Source: a virus (lineage: Duplodnaviria; Caudoviricetes). Taken from it: 60,653 nucleotides of DNA. The position numbers were made by a program, and so were the translations under genes. The DNA lies in the IMG/VR virus record IMGVR_UViG_3300014658_000001, positions 1 through 60,653 of that record; one strand, written 5' to 3'. Each line of letters starts with the position of its first letter. The first letter of the stretch is position 1. Below the pieces are notes generated by a model, which saw nothing but the letters and a program-made list of their open reading frames with translations, was not told where the DNA came from and did not search any database. Below are positions 33,151 to 41,826 of the stretch, one piece after another.

Positions 33151-33605
33151 GGATTTGCCCGGTACACATGCCCCTCTATCCGACCCAAGCGCTCGTCGGT
33201 TGCATTTTGACGCTGGTTGATCGCGGATAGTGACACCGTCTGCGTGGCCTGCAGCGTGGCTACCTCCTGCGTCAACGTATCCAGTTTCCCCAGTACCCAT
33301 GACAACATACCTACTAAAACTGCGCTCACGATTCCCAAGATCCACTTCTGCCAACCATCTCTCGGCCCCTCGCCACGCTCGTAGTAATGACCTACGGGCC
33401 ACGGGCTTTCTCTCTCTAGAGTCTCTTCCACCTCACGTAGCTTATCGTCTCCTCGATGCCGCTGGCTCATCATCAATTGCAACAGTTGCTGCAGCTGTTG
33501 CATCCTCTCCAGTAATCCATGGATACGAAACCAAATTGTTGCTCCTTGTATCTCCGCTTTTTTTTCTGTTGGTAAATCGCCTTCAGCAATAGACTCCGCG
33601 CTCAT
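33147..33605 (-). CDS. Membrane protein with coiled coil
   Basis: TM WILGIVSAVLVGMLSWVLG; GAGGTG RBS. Confidence 0.6.
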   Translation of the reverse strand: MSAESIAEGDLPTEKKAEIQGATIWFRIHGLLERMQQLQQLLQLMMSQRHRGDDKLREVEETLERESPWPVGHYYERGEGPRDGWQKWILGIVSAVLVGMLSWVLGKLDTLTQEVATLQATQTVSLSAINQRQNATDERLGRIEGHVYRANP

Positions 33606-33614
33606 GTCACCTCA

Positions 33615-33902
33615 CTATCCATACTGGTTTGCGATCAACAGCGCATCCTGAGCTGCAAGCGCCGCGGGCACATCGATACTTGTATCCGGGCGCACAAACG
33701 GCAGATTAATGTCTTCAGTCTGGCGCGCAGGCAGTCGCCATGGGTCCAGCACATCCAAGTCATCAATACACACCATGAGACCGGGTGAGTTAGGATCGTT
33801 ATGCAGCTCGATCAAGGGCAGCTTCGCACTACACCGGCCGCACAGGCCTACCCCTAGCGTGGGCTGTCCGGTCGTGTCTACGAAATAGGCGGGGGATCGC
33901 AT
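33615..33902 (-). CDS. Small Cys-motif virion-module protein
   Basis: GLCGRC..PGLMVC..DPWRLP..RPD. Confidence 0.7.
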   Translation of the reverse strand: MRSPAYFVDTTGQPTLGVGLCGRCSAKLPLIELHNDPNSPGLMVCIDDLDVLDPWRLPARQTEDINLPFVRPDTSIDVPAALAAQDALLIANQYG

Positions 33903-33906
33903 AACT

Positions 33907-34998
33907 CTACCTCGTATAGTGGCCAATCATCGGGCGCAGCATGACAGGTGACCCGTCTGTTTCGGATTGCCAAGCCTCGTTCCATCGGTTGGTGTCTTCC
34001 TGCATCAACATTTGCTTATCCAGATCACTCATTTGCTTGGCGACTTCTGGAATCATCAGCATGAGTTCCTTCGCAAGCCGCGTCAGGATTGTCAGGAACC
34101 AGCGCTGGGGTACTTCCACCGTCTGCGTCAGTGTTCCTACATCCTGCACATAGCGCTGCACGTACAACACGGTCTGCGCAAAGGTGTATTGCAGCTGGGG
34201 TGCCGGCCACAGGGTCATGACCGGCTGTGGTTGGGTCTTGTCGTACCAGAATTGCAGCGGCCGACCCGTGAAGTACTTGTTAGGAAGATTAGCGTAGTCA
34301 TCCCGGTTGATCTTCGCGATCGGGATCTCCTGAGGCGCTGCTCCAGTTACGAACTCTGTCACGTTCAGCGTCGTACCGCCCGAGGCCTGCAAGCGTACGT
34401 AGAGCACGCCGGCTTCCGGGATACCCTGAATATCCACCCAGAACCACTGACCCGCTACGGCAGCCAACGCAACGTTTGAGTACACCGTCGTGAACGTGAC
34501 CCCATCATTAGAAGTCTGGATCGCAACATTCCAAGTCCCAGTAGCGTTGGGAAGAATACCGAAGATGACCGGCTGACCCACCGCGGGGAATTGCACCTGG
34601 AGGTAACCATTGGTAGAAGTCTGCGTGCAGGCGGTGGCTAGGTTGTTATCGAACGCATTCGCAGCTATGCCGCCCGCAGAGCTGGTGTAAACGGTGCCAG
34701 GAGCAGAGAGCTGCAGTTGTGTAACATTGCGCAGGTTCGCATTAAGAATGTCGACCGTGCCCAAAGGGGCCGGTACGTCCTGCGTAGCGTCATAGAGGGG
34801 CAGGATGACTTTCTGCTGCGCCCACAGTGCAATGCCCTTGCTCGCGATCGTCGACAGCGACAGATAGAGTAGGTCTTGCGCAATCGCAAGGTACTCAGGG
34901 GTGATCTTCTGCGGGGGTACTTGGCAACGACCAAACGACCGGTCAATGAGCTTGCCCGTGTTGAAAGTGGTCGTAGATACTGTGCCGCTCGTCGTCAA
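33907..34998 (-). CDS. Head-tail adaptor-like virion protein with inserted discoidin-like domain
   Basis: TTG start with GGAG RBS; TTSGT..., ANAFDNN insert, INRDDYANLPNK..GRPLQFW..LWPAP. Confidence 0.7.
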   Translation of the reverse strand: MTTSGTVSTTTFNTGKLIDRSFGRCQVPPQKITPEYLAIAQDLLYLSLSTIASKGIALWAQQKVILPLYDATQDVPAPLGTVDILNANLRNVTQLQLSAPGTVYTSSAGGIAANAFDNNLATACTQTSTNGYLQVQFPAVGQPVIFGILPNATGTWNVAIQTSNDGVTFTTVYSNVALAAVAGQWFWVDIQGIPEAGVLYVRLQASGGTTLNVTEFVTGAAPQEIPIAKINRDDYANLPNKYFTGRPLQFWYDKTQPQPVMTLWPAPQLQYTFAQTVLYVQRYVQDVGTLTQTVEVPQRWFLTILTRLAKELMLMIPEVAKQMSDLDKQMLMQEDTNRWNEAWQSETDGSPVMLRPMIGHYTR

Positions 34999-35085
34999 GG
35001 CGCTCTCCGTAAGGGGAAAGCGCGCCTGCACTGAAGTCGCGGCACACTAGCGGGCACAATGTCCGCCGACCTGGAGCCTAGCGGC

Positions 35086-35114
35086 TTGAACTACGCGTTA
35101 CAAGAGCTTACCTT
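35086..35114 (+). promoter_or_regulatory. Sigma70-like promoter driving the tRNA-like RNA
   Basis: TTGAAC-N17-TACCTT; same -10 as the TerS promoter; predicted +1 about 35120-35121. Confidence 0.55.
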
Positions 35115-35120
35115 GATATG

Positions 35121-35213
35121 GTGGCAGGAGGTCGCCGGTTCGAATCAATCCGGCCGGGCGACCTTGCGACAACGCACCCGCCCGTAGCTCAGCAAGGAGA
35201 GCACCTGCCTCTA
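35121..35213 (+). ncRNA. Circularly permuted tRNA-like RNA (3' half precedes 5' half)
   Basis: GCAGG-AGGTC-GCCGG TTCGAATCAAT CCGGC-CGGGCGA, 16-nt linker, CCGCCCG-TA-GCTC AGCAAGGA GAGC-A-CCTGC-CT. Confidence 0.8.
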
Positions 35214-35984
35214 CTTGATGCCGTGCCCGCGAGGCTTGGGCGTACGAACGTGCTTTGCCACCTCTTTCCGGGCTACCTTCTCCATCCCCACAGGGCCGCC
35301 CCTGGCGTGCATGGCGGGCTGAGGACCTGGCATGACCATGGGACGACGCATGGGCATCTGAGGACGCACAGGCATCCCCTGAGGAGCTCTGGCGGCTAAC
35401 TGACCCAGCGCACCAGGAGCGGCTCGAGCTCCACCCGGTGCAGGCATTGTCGCCATGGGGCGCACTGCGGGACCCGCCACCAGACCCCCGGGGGCGTACA
35501 TTGCTCCGCCAGCGTTCTTGTGGACTGCGTGACCGCCCTTGGCGTAGTCGGGACCTTGTGCGGGCACTTTCGTACAATCGTGCACGCTGCCCCCTTCCGC
35601 AAACTTTTCGGCTGCCCTCTCCTCAGCAGAGTACGAACGGCTCACCGAATGACTGCCGCCCTTCGCATGAAAATGCTTATGAACGTGGAAGTGCTTAAGC
35701 TTACCCCCCTTCTTGTAGCCTGAAGTCAGTGAGCCTTTGCCCCCATGCTCAGCGAGCTCCTCAGTAGGGGCTTCCCTGCGCTGGACCGCGGAGTTGCCCT
35801 GCATGCGATTGCCTTCTTTGGGGTAGACCTCAGGATGCCCCGGGTTCTCATCGATCTTGTCCACCGGGCCTCCACGGGCGAGGCGGTTGATCGTGCCCCC
35901 CGTACCGCCCCCACCACCGATAGCGCCGCCACCCCAGTGATGGTGGCCGCTGACCGTGCGGGTTGAGTCTTTAAAGCCTGACAT
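35211..35984 (-). CDS. Low-complexity Gly/His/Met-rich protein with repeated xAxGG motifs
   Basis: LARGGPV, YKKGG, HAKGG, FAEGGSV, YAKGG, YAPGGLV, HARGGPV; TAGGAG RBS. Confidence 0.75.
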   Translation of the reverse strand: MSGFKDSTRTVSGHHHWGGGAIGGGGGTGGTINRLARGGPVDKIDENPGHPEVYPKEGNRMQGNSAVQRREAPTEELAEHGGKGSLTSGYKKGGKLKHFHVHKHFHAKGGSHSVSRSYSAEERAAEKFAEGGSVHDCTKVPAQGPDYAKGGHAVHKNAGGAMYAPGGLVAGPAVRPMATMPAPGGARAAPGALGQLAARAPQGMPVRPQMPMRRPMVMPGPQPAMHARGGPVGMEKVARKEVAKHVRTPKPRGHGIK

Positions 35985-35993
35985 GGGATTCTC

Positions 35994-36284
35994 CTAACGA
36001 ACGCTCTGTTGGGACACCGCCAAGACATCTCCCGACACCATTCCGGTACAGCGTACCCCTCGCGCACCCATGGGTGCTTGCGCCGCAGCTGCGGTGCTAT
36101 TGGCGGTGACGAGGTTTATCCACGCAGGCGTGATGGCTGCATTGAACACGTCATCCAAGGTGTACTGTACTTGCGCCGTGTTGCTCGCACTCTCAATAAC
36201 TATTGACGCCGGTGAAGTGCAATACACATCCAGCGGCACTGTCGCAGACGTGCCGGTTACTCCCGTTACTCTGATCGGACGCAT
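35994..36284 (-). CDS. Putative virion structural protein
   Basis: VPLDVY..VQYTLDDVF; head module context. Confidence 0.65.
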   Translation of the reverse strand: MRPIRVTGVTGTSATVPLDVYCTSPASIVIESASNTAQVQYTLDDVFNAAITPAWINLVTANSTAAAAQAPMGARGVRCTGMVSGDVLAVSQQSVR

Positions 36285-36294
36285 GTGGGTTACC

Positions 36295-37086
36295 TCAGAA
36301 CGGCGGTGTCTGGGTAAAGTTCACCCGGTCTTTGAACCCGTACCAATAATCCACCTGCAATGCGCGCGCAGCGGCTGTTGAGGGGCTCACCCCAGACAGG
36401 AACGCCAACAGAGTCGCACCCGGGAAGTTCGTCGGCGCCGGAATCGAACCGCGAGCATTAGCCGTAAGGCCAGAGGTCAACCCGTAAGGCGGAGGTGCGC
36501 ACTCCCAAATGATCGCACCGTTGGGTGTGTGAGGCGCGTACAAGCCGCCGTCCCAGTACCACCCCAGGGTTGCAAAGTTACCCCCGACGAGACTTACTCC
36601 GCAGGGCAGCGTTGTAACGACGCCCGCCACCGCGACGTTAATGCTCAACACACCCGCGTTCGTCGTAGAGAACCACACTCCATCGGTAAGCTGGCCCCCC
36701 GTAAACGGGGTTGTAGTAACGTTCGTCATGCCCGCCAGCACCAACCCCAGGACGTTATCCACAGAAATAAGTTGCCGGAACCACGTCCGCGCGCCTAACT
36801 GAATCTTGAAGTGACCCTGTTTCTGCAACGAGGCTGCGGTAGATGCTACCGCGTTGAGACTGATTACCCCACCATCCATGTTCGGCTGGGTAACCGTCGC
36901 AGCACCTCCGCTGGAGAGCGTAAATCCACCCGCAGTACCCACCGCAGTTGGGCCAAAGTAATCATCAAAGTCCTGGTAATAATTGTGATTCTTGGTCCAG
37001 TCATCTACGGGTTGGTCTGAAAACAACTCCGTGTCGCGAGTGTTATTCCACCCGAACTGCGTGCGTGAAACCTGTACGTCAAACAT
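36295..37086 (-). CDS. Putative virion structural protein (beta-rich)
   Basis: YYQDFDDY..QVDYWY; AGGTG RBS. Confidence 0.7.
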   Translation of the reverse strand: MFDVQVSRTQFGWNNTRDTELFSDQPVDDWTKNHNYYQDFDDYFGPTAVGTAGGFTLSSGGAATVTQPNMDGGVISLNAVASTAASLQKQGHFKIQLGARTWFRQLISVDNVLGLVLAGMTNVTTTPFTGGQLTDGVWFSTTNAGVLSINVAVAGVVTTLPCGVSLVGGNFATLGWYWDGGLYAPHTPNGAIIWECAPPPYGLTSGLTANARGSIPAPTNFPGATLLAFLSGVSPSTAAARALQVDYWYGFKDRVNFTQTPPF

Positions 37087-37097
37087 GACTGATCACC

Positions 37098-37385
37098 TTA
37101 ATTGTGGCATTCCAGGAAAGAGACAAGGCCAGCCGCACCGCAGGCCCGCGCGTAGACTGCATCTTGCGTTGGAATATCGTAATTGATTCCGCCGTTGTTG
37201 GTACCAAACGGCGGGTACCCAGTAGCCGCTCCTAAAGCCGTATCTGCAATGTAAATCGGCACTGTGCTGGCAAGCGTAAGCTTCGTGCGAGTCGACAACG
37301 CAGGACGGATCTGCACCGCAGCCGCATTCGTCACCGCCACCTGCCCAGTGGAAATCGTAGCTGAAGTATCGAGTTGCGTTGCCAT
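37098..37385 (-). CDS. Putative small virion/decoration protein
   Basis: Beta-rich, Thr/Ala-rich; head module context. Confidence 0.6.
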   Translation of the reverse strand: MATQLDTSATISTGQVAVTNAAAVQIRPALSTRTKLTLASTVPIYIADTALGAATGYPPFGTNNGGINYDIPTQDAVYARACGAAGLVSFLECHN

Positions 37386-37394
37386 GTCAGTGGA

Positions 37395-37483
37395 GAGGGG
37401 CGCCCTACGCGTGAAGTGGGTAACCCGAAGTAGCGTGGACGAATACGCGTCCGGGGCTGCACAGGTAGGGTAGGGCGCTCCTC
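37395..37483. other. Multi-stem structured element downstream of the endonuclease gene
   Basis: 14-bp outer stem 37395-37408/37470-37483; inner GGACG/CGTCC hairpin. Confidence 0.5.
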
Positions 37484-37487
37484 ATAG

Positions 37488-38099
37488 CTAAGTTGTAACT
37501 GTATGTTGATCGAGGTAGTCGGCAGCTTTGCGCAACCAGTGGGGGTTGTCTTTCATCATCCCCAGCACTCGGTTGCAGCTGTTGCACAACAGTCCGCGTA
37601 ATTTGCCGGTTCCATGATCGTGATCCAGATACAACCCGTGGGTGCGAAACGTAGTTCCATTCTTCGTGCCCTGTGGTCGCTTGCATATCTGGCACCGCCC
37701 CCCGATGTGCTCGAATACGTGCAGTATTTCGGCGTCGCTCAGGTTGTGTCTCGTCCTGTACCCCCTGGCGCGCTGATCGTGCCGGCTGCAAAAACCGTTT
37801 GCGTACCGAGGTCGGACGCACCCCGGAACGGTACAAGAAGCACGCAGCGTTTTGCGGTCGGGCTTCTCCAACGCCCCGTGGCGCTTCACCCTCGCCCAAT
37901 GCATCCCACATAAGCCGCGGCTTTTGACCGGGTTGAAGCACTCTGGAGCGGTGCAATGCGCGGCAACCGGCTCGCGATGCTGGATTACCGTAGAGGTGAT
38001 TTTCCCTTCGCGTAACCATTGGGCGTAGTGCGTTGGGCAGTAACCCCGAGCTTTTTGTAAGTGCAAACATCCGTCTACCGTACAAGTCGAACGTGTCAT
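37488..38099 (-). CDS. Endonuclease VII-type (His-Me finger) free-standing homing endonuclease
   Basis: Three CxxxxC..GxCxxH repeats; CQIC..LDHDHGTGKLRGLLCNSCNRVLG..YL. Confidence 0.9.
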   Translation of the reverse strand: MTRSTCTVDGCLHLQKARGYCPTHYAQWLREGKITSTVIQHREPVAAHCTAPECFNPVKSRGLCGMHWARVKRHGALEKPDRKTLRASCTVPGCVRPRYANGFCSRHDQRARGYRTRHNLSDAEILHVFEHIGGRCQICKRPQGTKNGTTFRTHGLYLDHDHGTGKLRGLLCNSCNRVLGMMKDNPHWLRKAADYLDQHTVTT

Positions 38100-38170
38100 G
38101 AGTGTCACTCTTTTGTTATTGAACACCCCCAAAGGGTACTCAAGTACAAAGCGACAATCAATCTATATGT

Positions 38171-38204
38171 TCGTATTATACCTTTCTGTGCCTTTATAAC
38201 CTAT
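38171..38204 (-). repeat. Degenerate copy of capsid gene segment 38321-38354
   Basis: 25/34 nt identical; encodes YKGTERY versus capsid YKATERY; contains TATAAT. Confidence 0.8.
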
Positions 38205-38276
38205 GTTGGGTGACGTTCTACACGAACAGCGTGGGTTGGTGGTTGACTTCCCCGCGCTGCCGTGTAAGATACAGCG

Positions 38277-39197
38277 CTACAGCCCCGGTGTACCGTACAG
38301 ACATCGTGGGTCGGTCCAGCTCGGGATATACCGTTCTGTGGCCTTATACCTCATCGAGTCGGTCTCGAAGTCACCCTCCATGCTCTTTTCCAGCGTCCGG
38401 CGCATAGCGAGCTTCAACCCCTGGCGCACGTCGGTTTGCACGAACCATGCGGTTTGTGAGGTGAGTCGCGCGATGTTCGCCTGACCCTTGGGCAACAACC
38501 CCAAAGACTTGATCGGGTTCACATCGTTGTTCGCAGTTCCCGTACGCAGCACACTCTTCAAGAGCACCTCGCCCTGCATCACGTTGGACGGGGAAGTCAC
38601 CAGCTGCAGCGGGGTCAAGCGGATGCGCTTACCGTTGTTATCCACCGCATTGCGGATCTGGATCAGCATCTGTTCCAACGAGGTCTGCGACAACGCCGCA
38701 GCCGTGGTGAGCTGGTTCGAGAACGTGCCGGCCGGAGGAGCCAGCGGGTGATTGGTCGCGATAAGCGACACACCGTCGCCCCCTGCGAAGGCCGCATTGA
38801 ACGCGTTATTCAACACGTTCGCGCACAGCGTCTCCTTGGTTTCCACCAGCGACTGCGCCAGATGCTCCGCGTAAATCGTACCGATCTTGATGTGATCGCC
38901 GTCTTCCACCAGCACCTTGGTGAGCGCGAACGCAAGACCGAACACCGCGTACAGGTAGCGCTGAATGAACAGCACGCCGCCTGACTGGTACGTCACGGGC
39001 GTTCCGTCCGGCAGCGCAGGCGCCGCACCCATCCCGAAGAGTACAGGCTCCTCATGGTAGTTGCGCGGAGTACCGCGGAACTCGCGGAAGATCATCTTCC
39101 ACTCATCCGCGCGCTGATCGTAAATGCCATCGAAAGTCTCGTTGAGGATGGGCTCAACGACTGAGCGGAAGTCTGTACTCCGCATTGGAAGGGCCAT
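38277..39197 (-). CDS. Major capsid protein
   Basis: 306 aa; VEPILNETF..VLNNAF..GGDGVSL..HP..DFETDSMRYKATERY..DPR; strong codon bias; AGGAG RBS. Confidence 0.9.
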   Translation of the reverse strand: MALPMRSTDFRSVVEPILNETFDGIYDQRADEWKMIFREFRGTPRNYHEEPVLFGMGAAPALPDGTPVTYQSGGVLFIQRYLYAVFGLAFALTKVLVEDGDHIKIGTIYAEHLAQSLVETKETLCANVLNNAFNAAFAGGDGVSLIATNHPLAPPAGTFSNQLTTAAALSQTSLEQMLIQIRNAVDNNGKRIRLTPLQLVTSPSNVMQGEVLLKSVLRTGTANNDVNPIKSLGLLPKGQANIARLTSQTAWFVQTDVRQGLKLAMRRTLEKSMEGDFETDSMRYKATERYIPSWTDPRCLYGTPGL

Positions 39198-39233
39198 AGT
39201 AAATCTCCTGTGGCTTTAAGTTGCGGAGTTGAA

Positions 39234-39905
39234 TTAGTACGAAACGCCCGGCAGCGGCAAATCCTGGTGCAGGGCGATCTCAACCACAACCTGGGTGAAA
39301 AGGTCTCCAGGGTTGTTGTCGATGCGCTGGGAGAATCCGACGATGCGCAGTTGGTTCAGGTTGGTTGATGGGGGCACCACGAGGCTGTTGGCGGTAGTCA
39401 CATCCACCCCGACCGTCGAGAACCCGGTAACCGCGTTTCCGTTGGTTGAGCCATTGGTAGTGAACGACACCAGATTACCCATGGAAGTCGCCGGCACCGG
39501 ACCGTTGGCCTGTGCTTCATAGCGGAGGCGCGGGTCGCGTGTGATCCAGCAATTCACCGAGCTGCCGGTGTACGGAACCGTACCCGCGGGCCAGAATGGG
39601 GAGACCGTGCGCCGGCCGGTCGCAAGCGTGAACTCCACCCCCTGGAAAGCGCCCAACAACTTCATCGCGTTCGTGATGCTGCCCGCGGCGAGTCCCGCCC
39701 CTTGTGCAGCCACCAGCACGATGTTGGACGTAGGGGTCGCTACGTCAATGCCAATCGGTGAGCCTAGGAAAATGTTGTTGGCGTAACCGCTCGCAATGGT
39801 GTAACCACCATACGGTTGACCCCCGCCAGAGCCGAACGCGGGCCGGATCGTTCCAGATTCATGAGCAGTTGGAATCAGCCCATACGGATTGTACGTAAGT
39901 GACAC
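39234..39905 (-). CDS. Putative capsid decoration/minor capsid protein
   Basis: PYGLIP..IASGYANNIF.G..GAFQGVEF..DP..YEAQ; directly upstream of the major capsid gene. Confidence 0.7.
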   Translation of the reverse strand: MSLTYNPYGLIPTAHESGTIRPAFGSGGGQPYGGYTIASGYANNIFLGSPIGIDVATPTSNIVLVAAQGAGLAAGSITNAMKLLGAFQGVEFTLATGRRTVSPFWPAGTVPYTGSSVNCWITRDPRLRYEAQANGPVPATSMGNLVSFTTNGSTNGNAVTGFSTVGVDVTTANSLVVPPSTNLNQLRIVGFSQRIDNNPGDLFTQVVVEIALHQDLPLPGVSY

Positions 39906-39937
39906 GGTAGGAGCCTCACAGATGAGATAGTCATCCG

Positions 39938-40516
39938 CTAGCTCTCCAACTCTTCGGTTTCACAGAAGTTGGGAGCATCGCGGGCCTGTCCCAAATCCGC
40001 TGTGCCGGGGTCTACTACCGGTGCACGCATCTTGCCGCCACGTTTCGCAGCCTGTGCTGCAGTCTCCCCTGCCTGAAGCGCCTCGTTGTAGATGGCTTCC
40101 TCGTTGCGGGCAGGCTCGTTGTGGTGCAACTCTTCCATGAACAGCTGATAGGTACTCAGCGGGATCTTCATCCCGATCATTTCACGCCACATGACCACCC
40201 CGGGATAATCCGCGGACTGCTGGTCTGTGTAAGTGAACTCCGGCACTTCAGAGCGCTGGATGAATTCGTACCCTAACTGCTCACGCCCCTGAGGGGTATC
40301 ACTCGGATGCGTCGTGGAAACCCAGCACACATGGTAGCCGGGAATCCTCGGTAAGTTAGGCAAAGCGGACTGGAAATTTGCACGTTTCAACAGTTCAACG
40401 CGCTCACCATCAGTCAGCTGCCTACGCTGCGTAATCGCACGATCTGTCATCGCGCGATCTTCGCGGTTGGCCGCATCCTTCCGAATTCGTCGAATAGGTT
40501 TTCTGGGGTTTGCCAT
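39938..40516 (-). CDS. Head-module hypothetical protein
   Basis: LPRIPGYHVCWVS..LGYEF..MKIP. Confidence 0.7.
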   Translation of the reverse strand: MANPRKPIRRIRKDAANREDRAMTDRAITQRRQLTDGERVELLKRANFQSALPNLPRIPGYHVCWVSTTHPSDTPQGREQLGYEFIQRSEVPEFTYTDQQSADYPGVVMWREMIGMKIPLSTYQLFMEELHHNEPARNEEAIYNEALQAGETAAQAAKRGGKMRAPVVDPGTADLGQARDAPNFCETEELES

Positions 40517-40527
40517 GGCGGTATCTC

Positions 40528-41577
40528 CTAGCGGGGACGCCTGCCGGCATCGCGGTCGTACTTGAGGTACGACTTCATAAAACGGTCACGTTCTTTGGGA
40601 TCGTCCCACACGCCTGCTTCGATCATGGCGGCCTTGCGATCCTCATCAATGTAGACTTCGCCCTTGCGCAAAGTACGCTCACGACCGCCGATTTTGATCG
40701 TCGGTCCTGAAGCCTTGCGGGGGGGTTTACCGTTGGGACGACGGGACGCGCGGGAATCTGTGTCGTCATCCTCATCCGAGTCGACCCCGTCTGCGTAACG
40801 ATGCGGGAGGCGTTTGGCGAGGCGCCGGTCGACTTCCTCCCAATGTGCGTCAGACCGAGGGTCAAACCGACCCTCACGGGCAACCTGACGGTCTATGACA
40901 GCTGCAATCGCGGAATCCTCATCGCGTTGCTGGGGGTCAAACCAGGAGTGCTCTCGCATCCACTCCTGAGCCCGGCCGACTACCGCAGGATCAAGTCTCG
41001 CAGGTTGCGCTGCAGTCTGCTGGCGCTCGCGTGCGGTGTTGACCGTGCGCTGCTTGGCCCCCTTGAGCTGACCGAGACCCTCCCGAAACTGGTCCCGTAC
41101 GCGTAAGGCCTCCACAGCTGAAGCGCTGTCGCCTTTCTCCATGGCCTGACGCAGAAGCTCCTCAGCCTCCCGTACGTCGCTCTCAGCCTGCGTAATGCGG
41201 CTGTCGATCGCCAGCACGTCACTTTGGGTCTGGCGCGACTCCATTGCGGCTAAGCGTTGAGAGTGCTCACGCTCCAACTGCTCGTTGCGGGCGCGCAGTA
41301 AGGCCAGCTCCCGTTGGTCGCGGTCGTGCTTTTCCTTGCGTCGACGTCTGCGGCGCTGCTCGCGGCTTAACCCTGAGCCGTCGTCCGTATCCTCGTCAGA
41401 CTCGTTTTCAGCATGGCCTGCACGGGCTTCGCCCCCGCGCGACTCCTCATCCTCTTCGGCGTACTGATAGCCCTGATCGGTGCTCTCGTCGGCGCGTCCC
41501 GCCGCACCCTCTGGTGCGTCGTCATCAGCCCCAGGGCCTACCGGAATGATTTCGTCTTTGTCGTCTTTGTCTGCCAT
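40528..41577 (-). CDS. Putative capsid scaffolding protein
   Basis: Acidic N-terminus, coiled coil, W..HSWF, basic C-terminal helix; synteny. Confidence 0.7.
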   Translation of the reverse strand: MADKDDKDEIIPVGPGADDDAPEGAAGRADESTDQGYQYAEEDEESRGGEARAGHAENESDEDTDDGSGLSREQRRRRRRKEKHDRDQRELALLRARNEQLEREHSQRLAAMESRQTQSDVLAIDSRITQAESDVREAEELLRQAMEKGDSASAVEALRVRDQFREGLGQLKGAKQRTVNTARERQQTAAQPARLDPAVVGRAQEWMREHSWFDPQQRDEDSAIAAVIDRQVAREGRFDPRSDAHWEEVDRRLAKRLPHRYADGVDSDEDDDTDSRASRRPNGKPPRKASGPTIKIGGRERTLRKGEVYIDEDRKAAMIEAGVWDDPKERDRFMKSYLKYDRDAGRRPR

Positions 41578-41631
41578 AGTTAGTTGGGGTCGACACGTCT
41601 CACGACGATTCGCCCCACCTCTCTGTCGTCC

Positions 41632-41826
41632 TCAGGTAGGTTGTTCTTTCTCCGGCGGCGGAGTGTAGCGCTCCAGGTCAGCGTTGATCAGGATCAACTC
41701 AGCGTCGATCTCTTTGATCCGTGCCGGCGCTTTCAGCAACATCTCTTTTTCCTGCGTACGATTAGCACGCCGATGCAGTAGCGCACTGCGCATCTCAGCG
41801 GCATGGTTGTCGTCCGCAGTAGTCAT
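41632..41826 (-). CDS. Hypothetical protein
   Basis: Coupled ORF. Confidence 0.55.
   Translation of the reverse strand: MTTADDNHAAEMRSALLHRRANRTQEKEMLLKAPARIKEIDAELILINADLERYTPPPEKEQPT

Noticed and set aside
35121-35213. Canonical tRNA gene or attP site
   Set aside because: Halves are in reverse order, the T-loop is enlarged, there is no CCA, and no integrase was recognised in the genome.
37405-38085. 226-aa alternative-frame ORF across the EndoVII gene (same frame relation as polymerase/HNH)
   Set aside because: No RBS or recognisable motifs, closed by a TAA just upstream, and not joined to any host gene; this frame is often open in GC-rich genes.
37488-39197. Amber readthrough or TAG recoding fusing capsid, degenerate copy and endonuclease (all in one frame, separated by two TAGs), helped by a CTA next to the tRNA-like element
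   Set aside because: Genes are intact under the standard code and many end at TAG right before the next gene. The CTA is explained by the neighbouring gene's stop codon. Probably coincidence.
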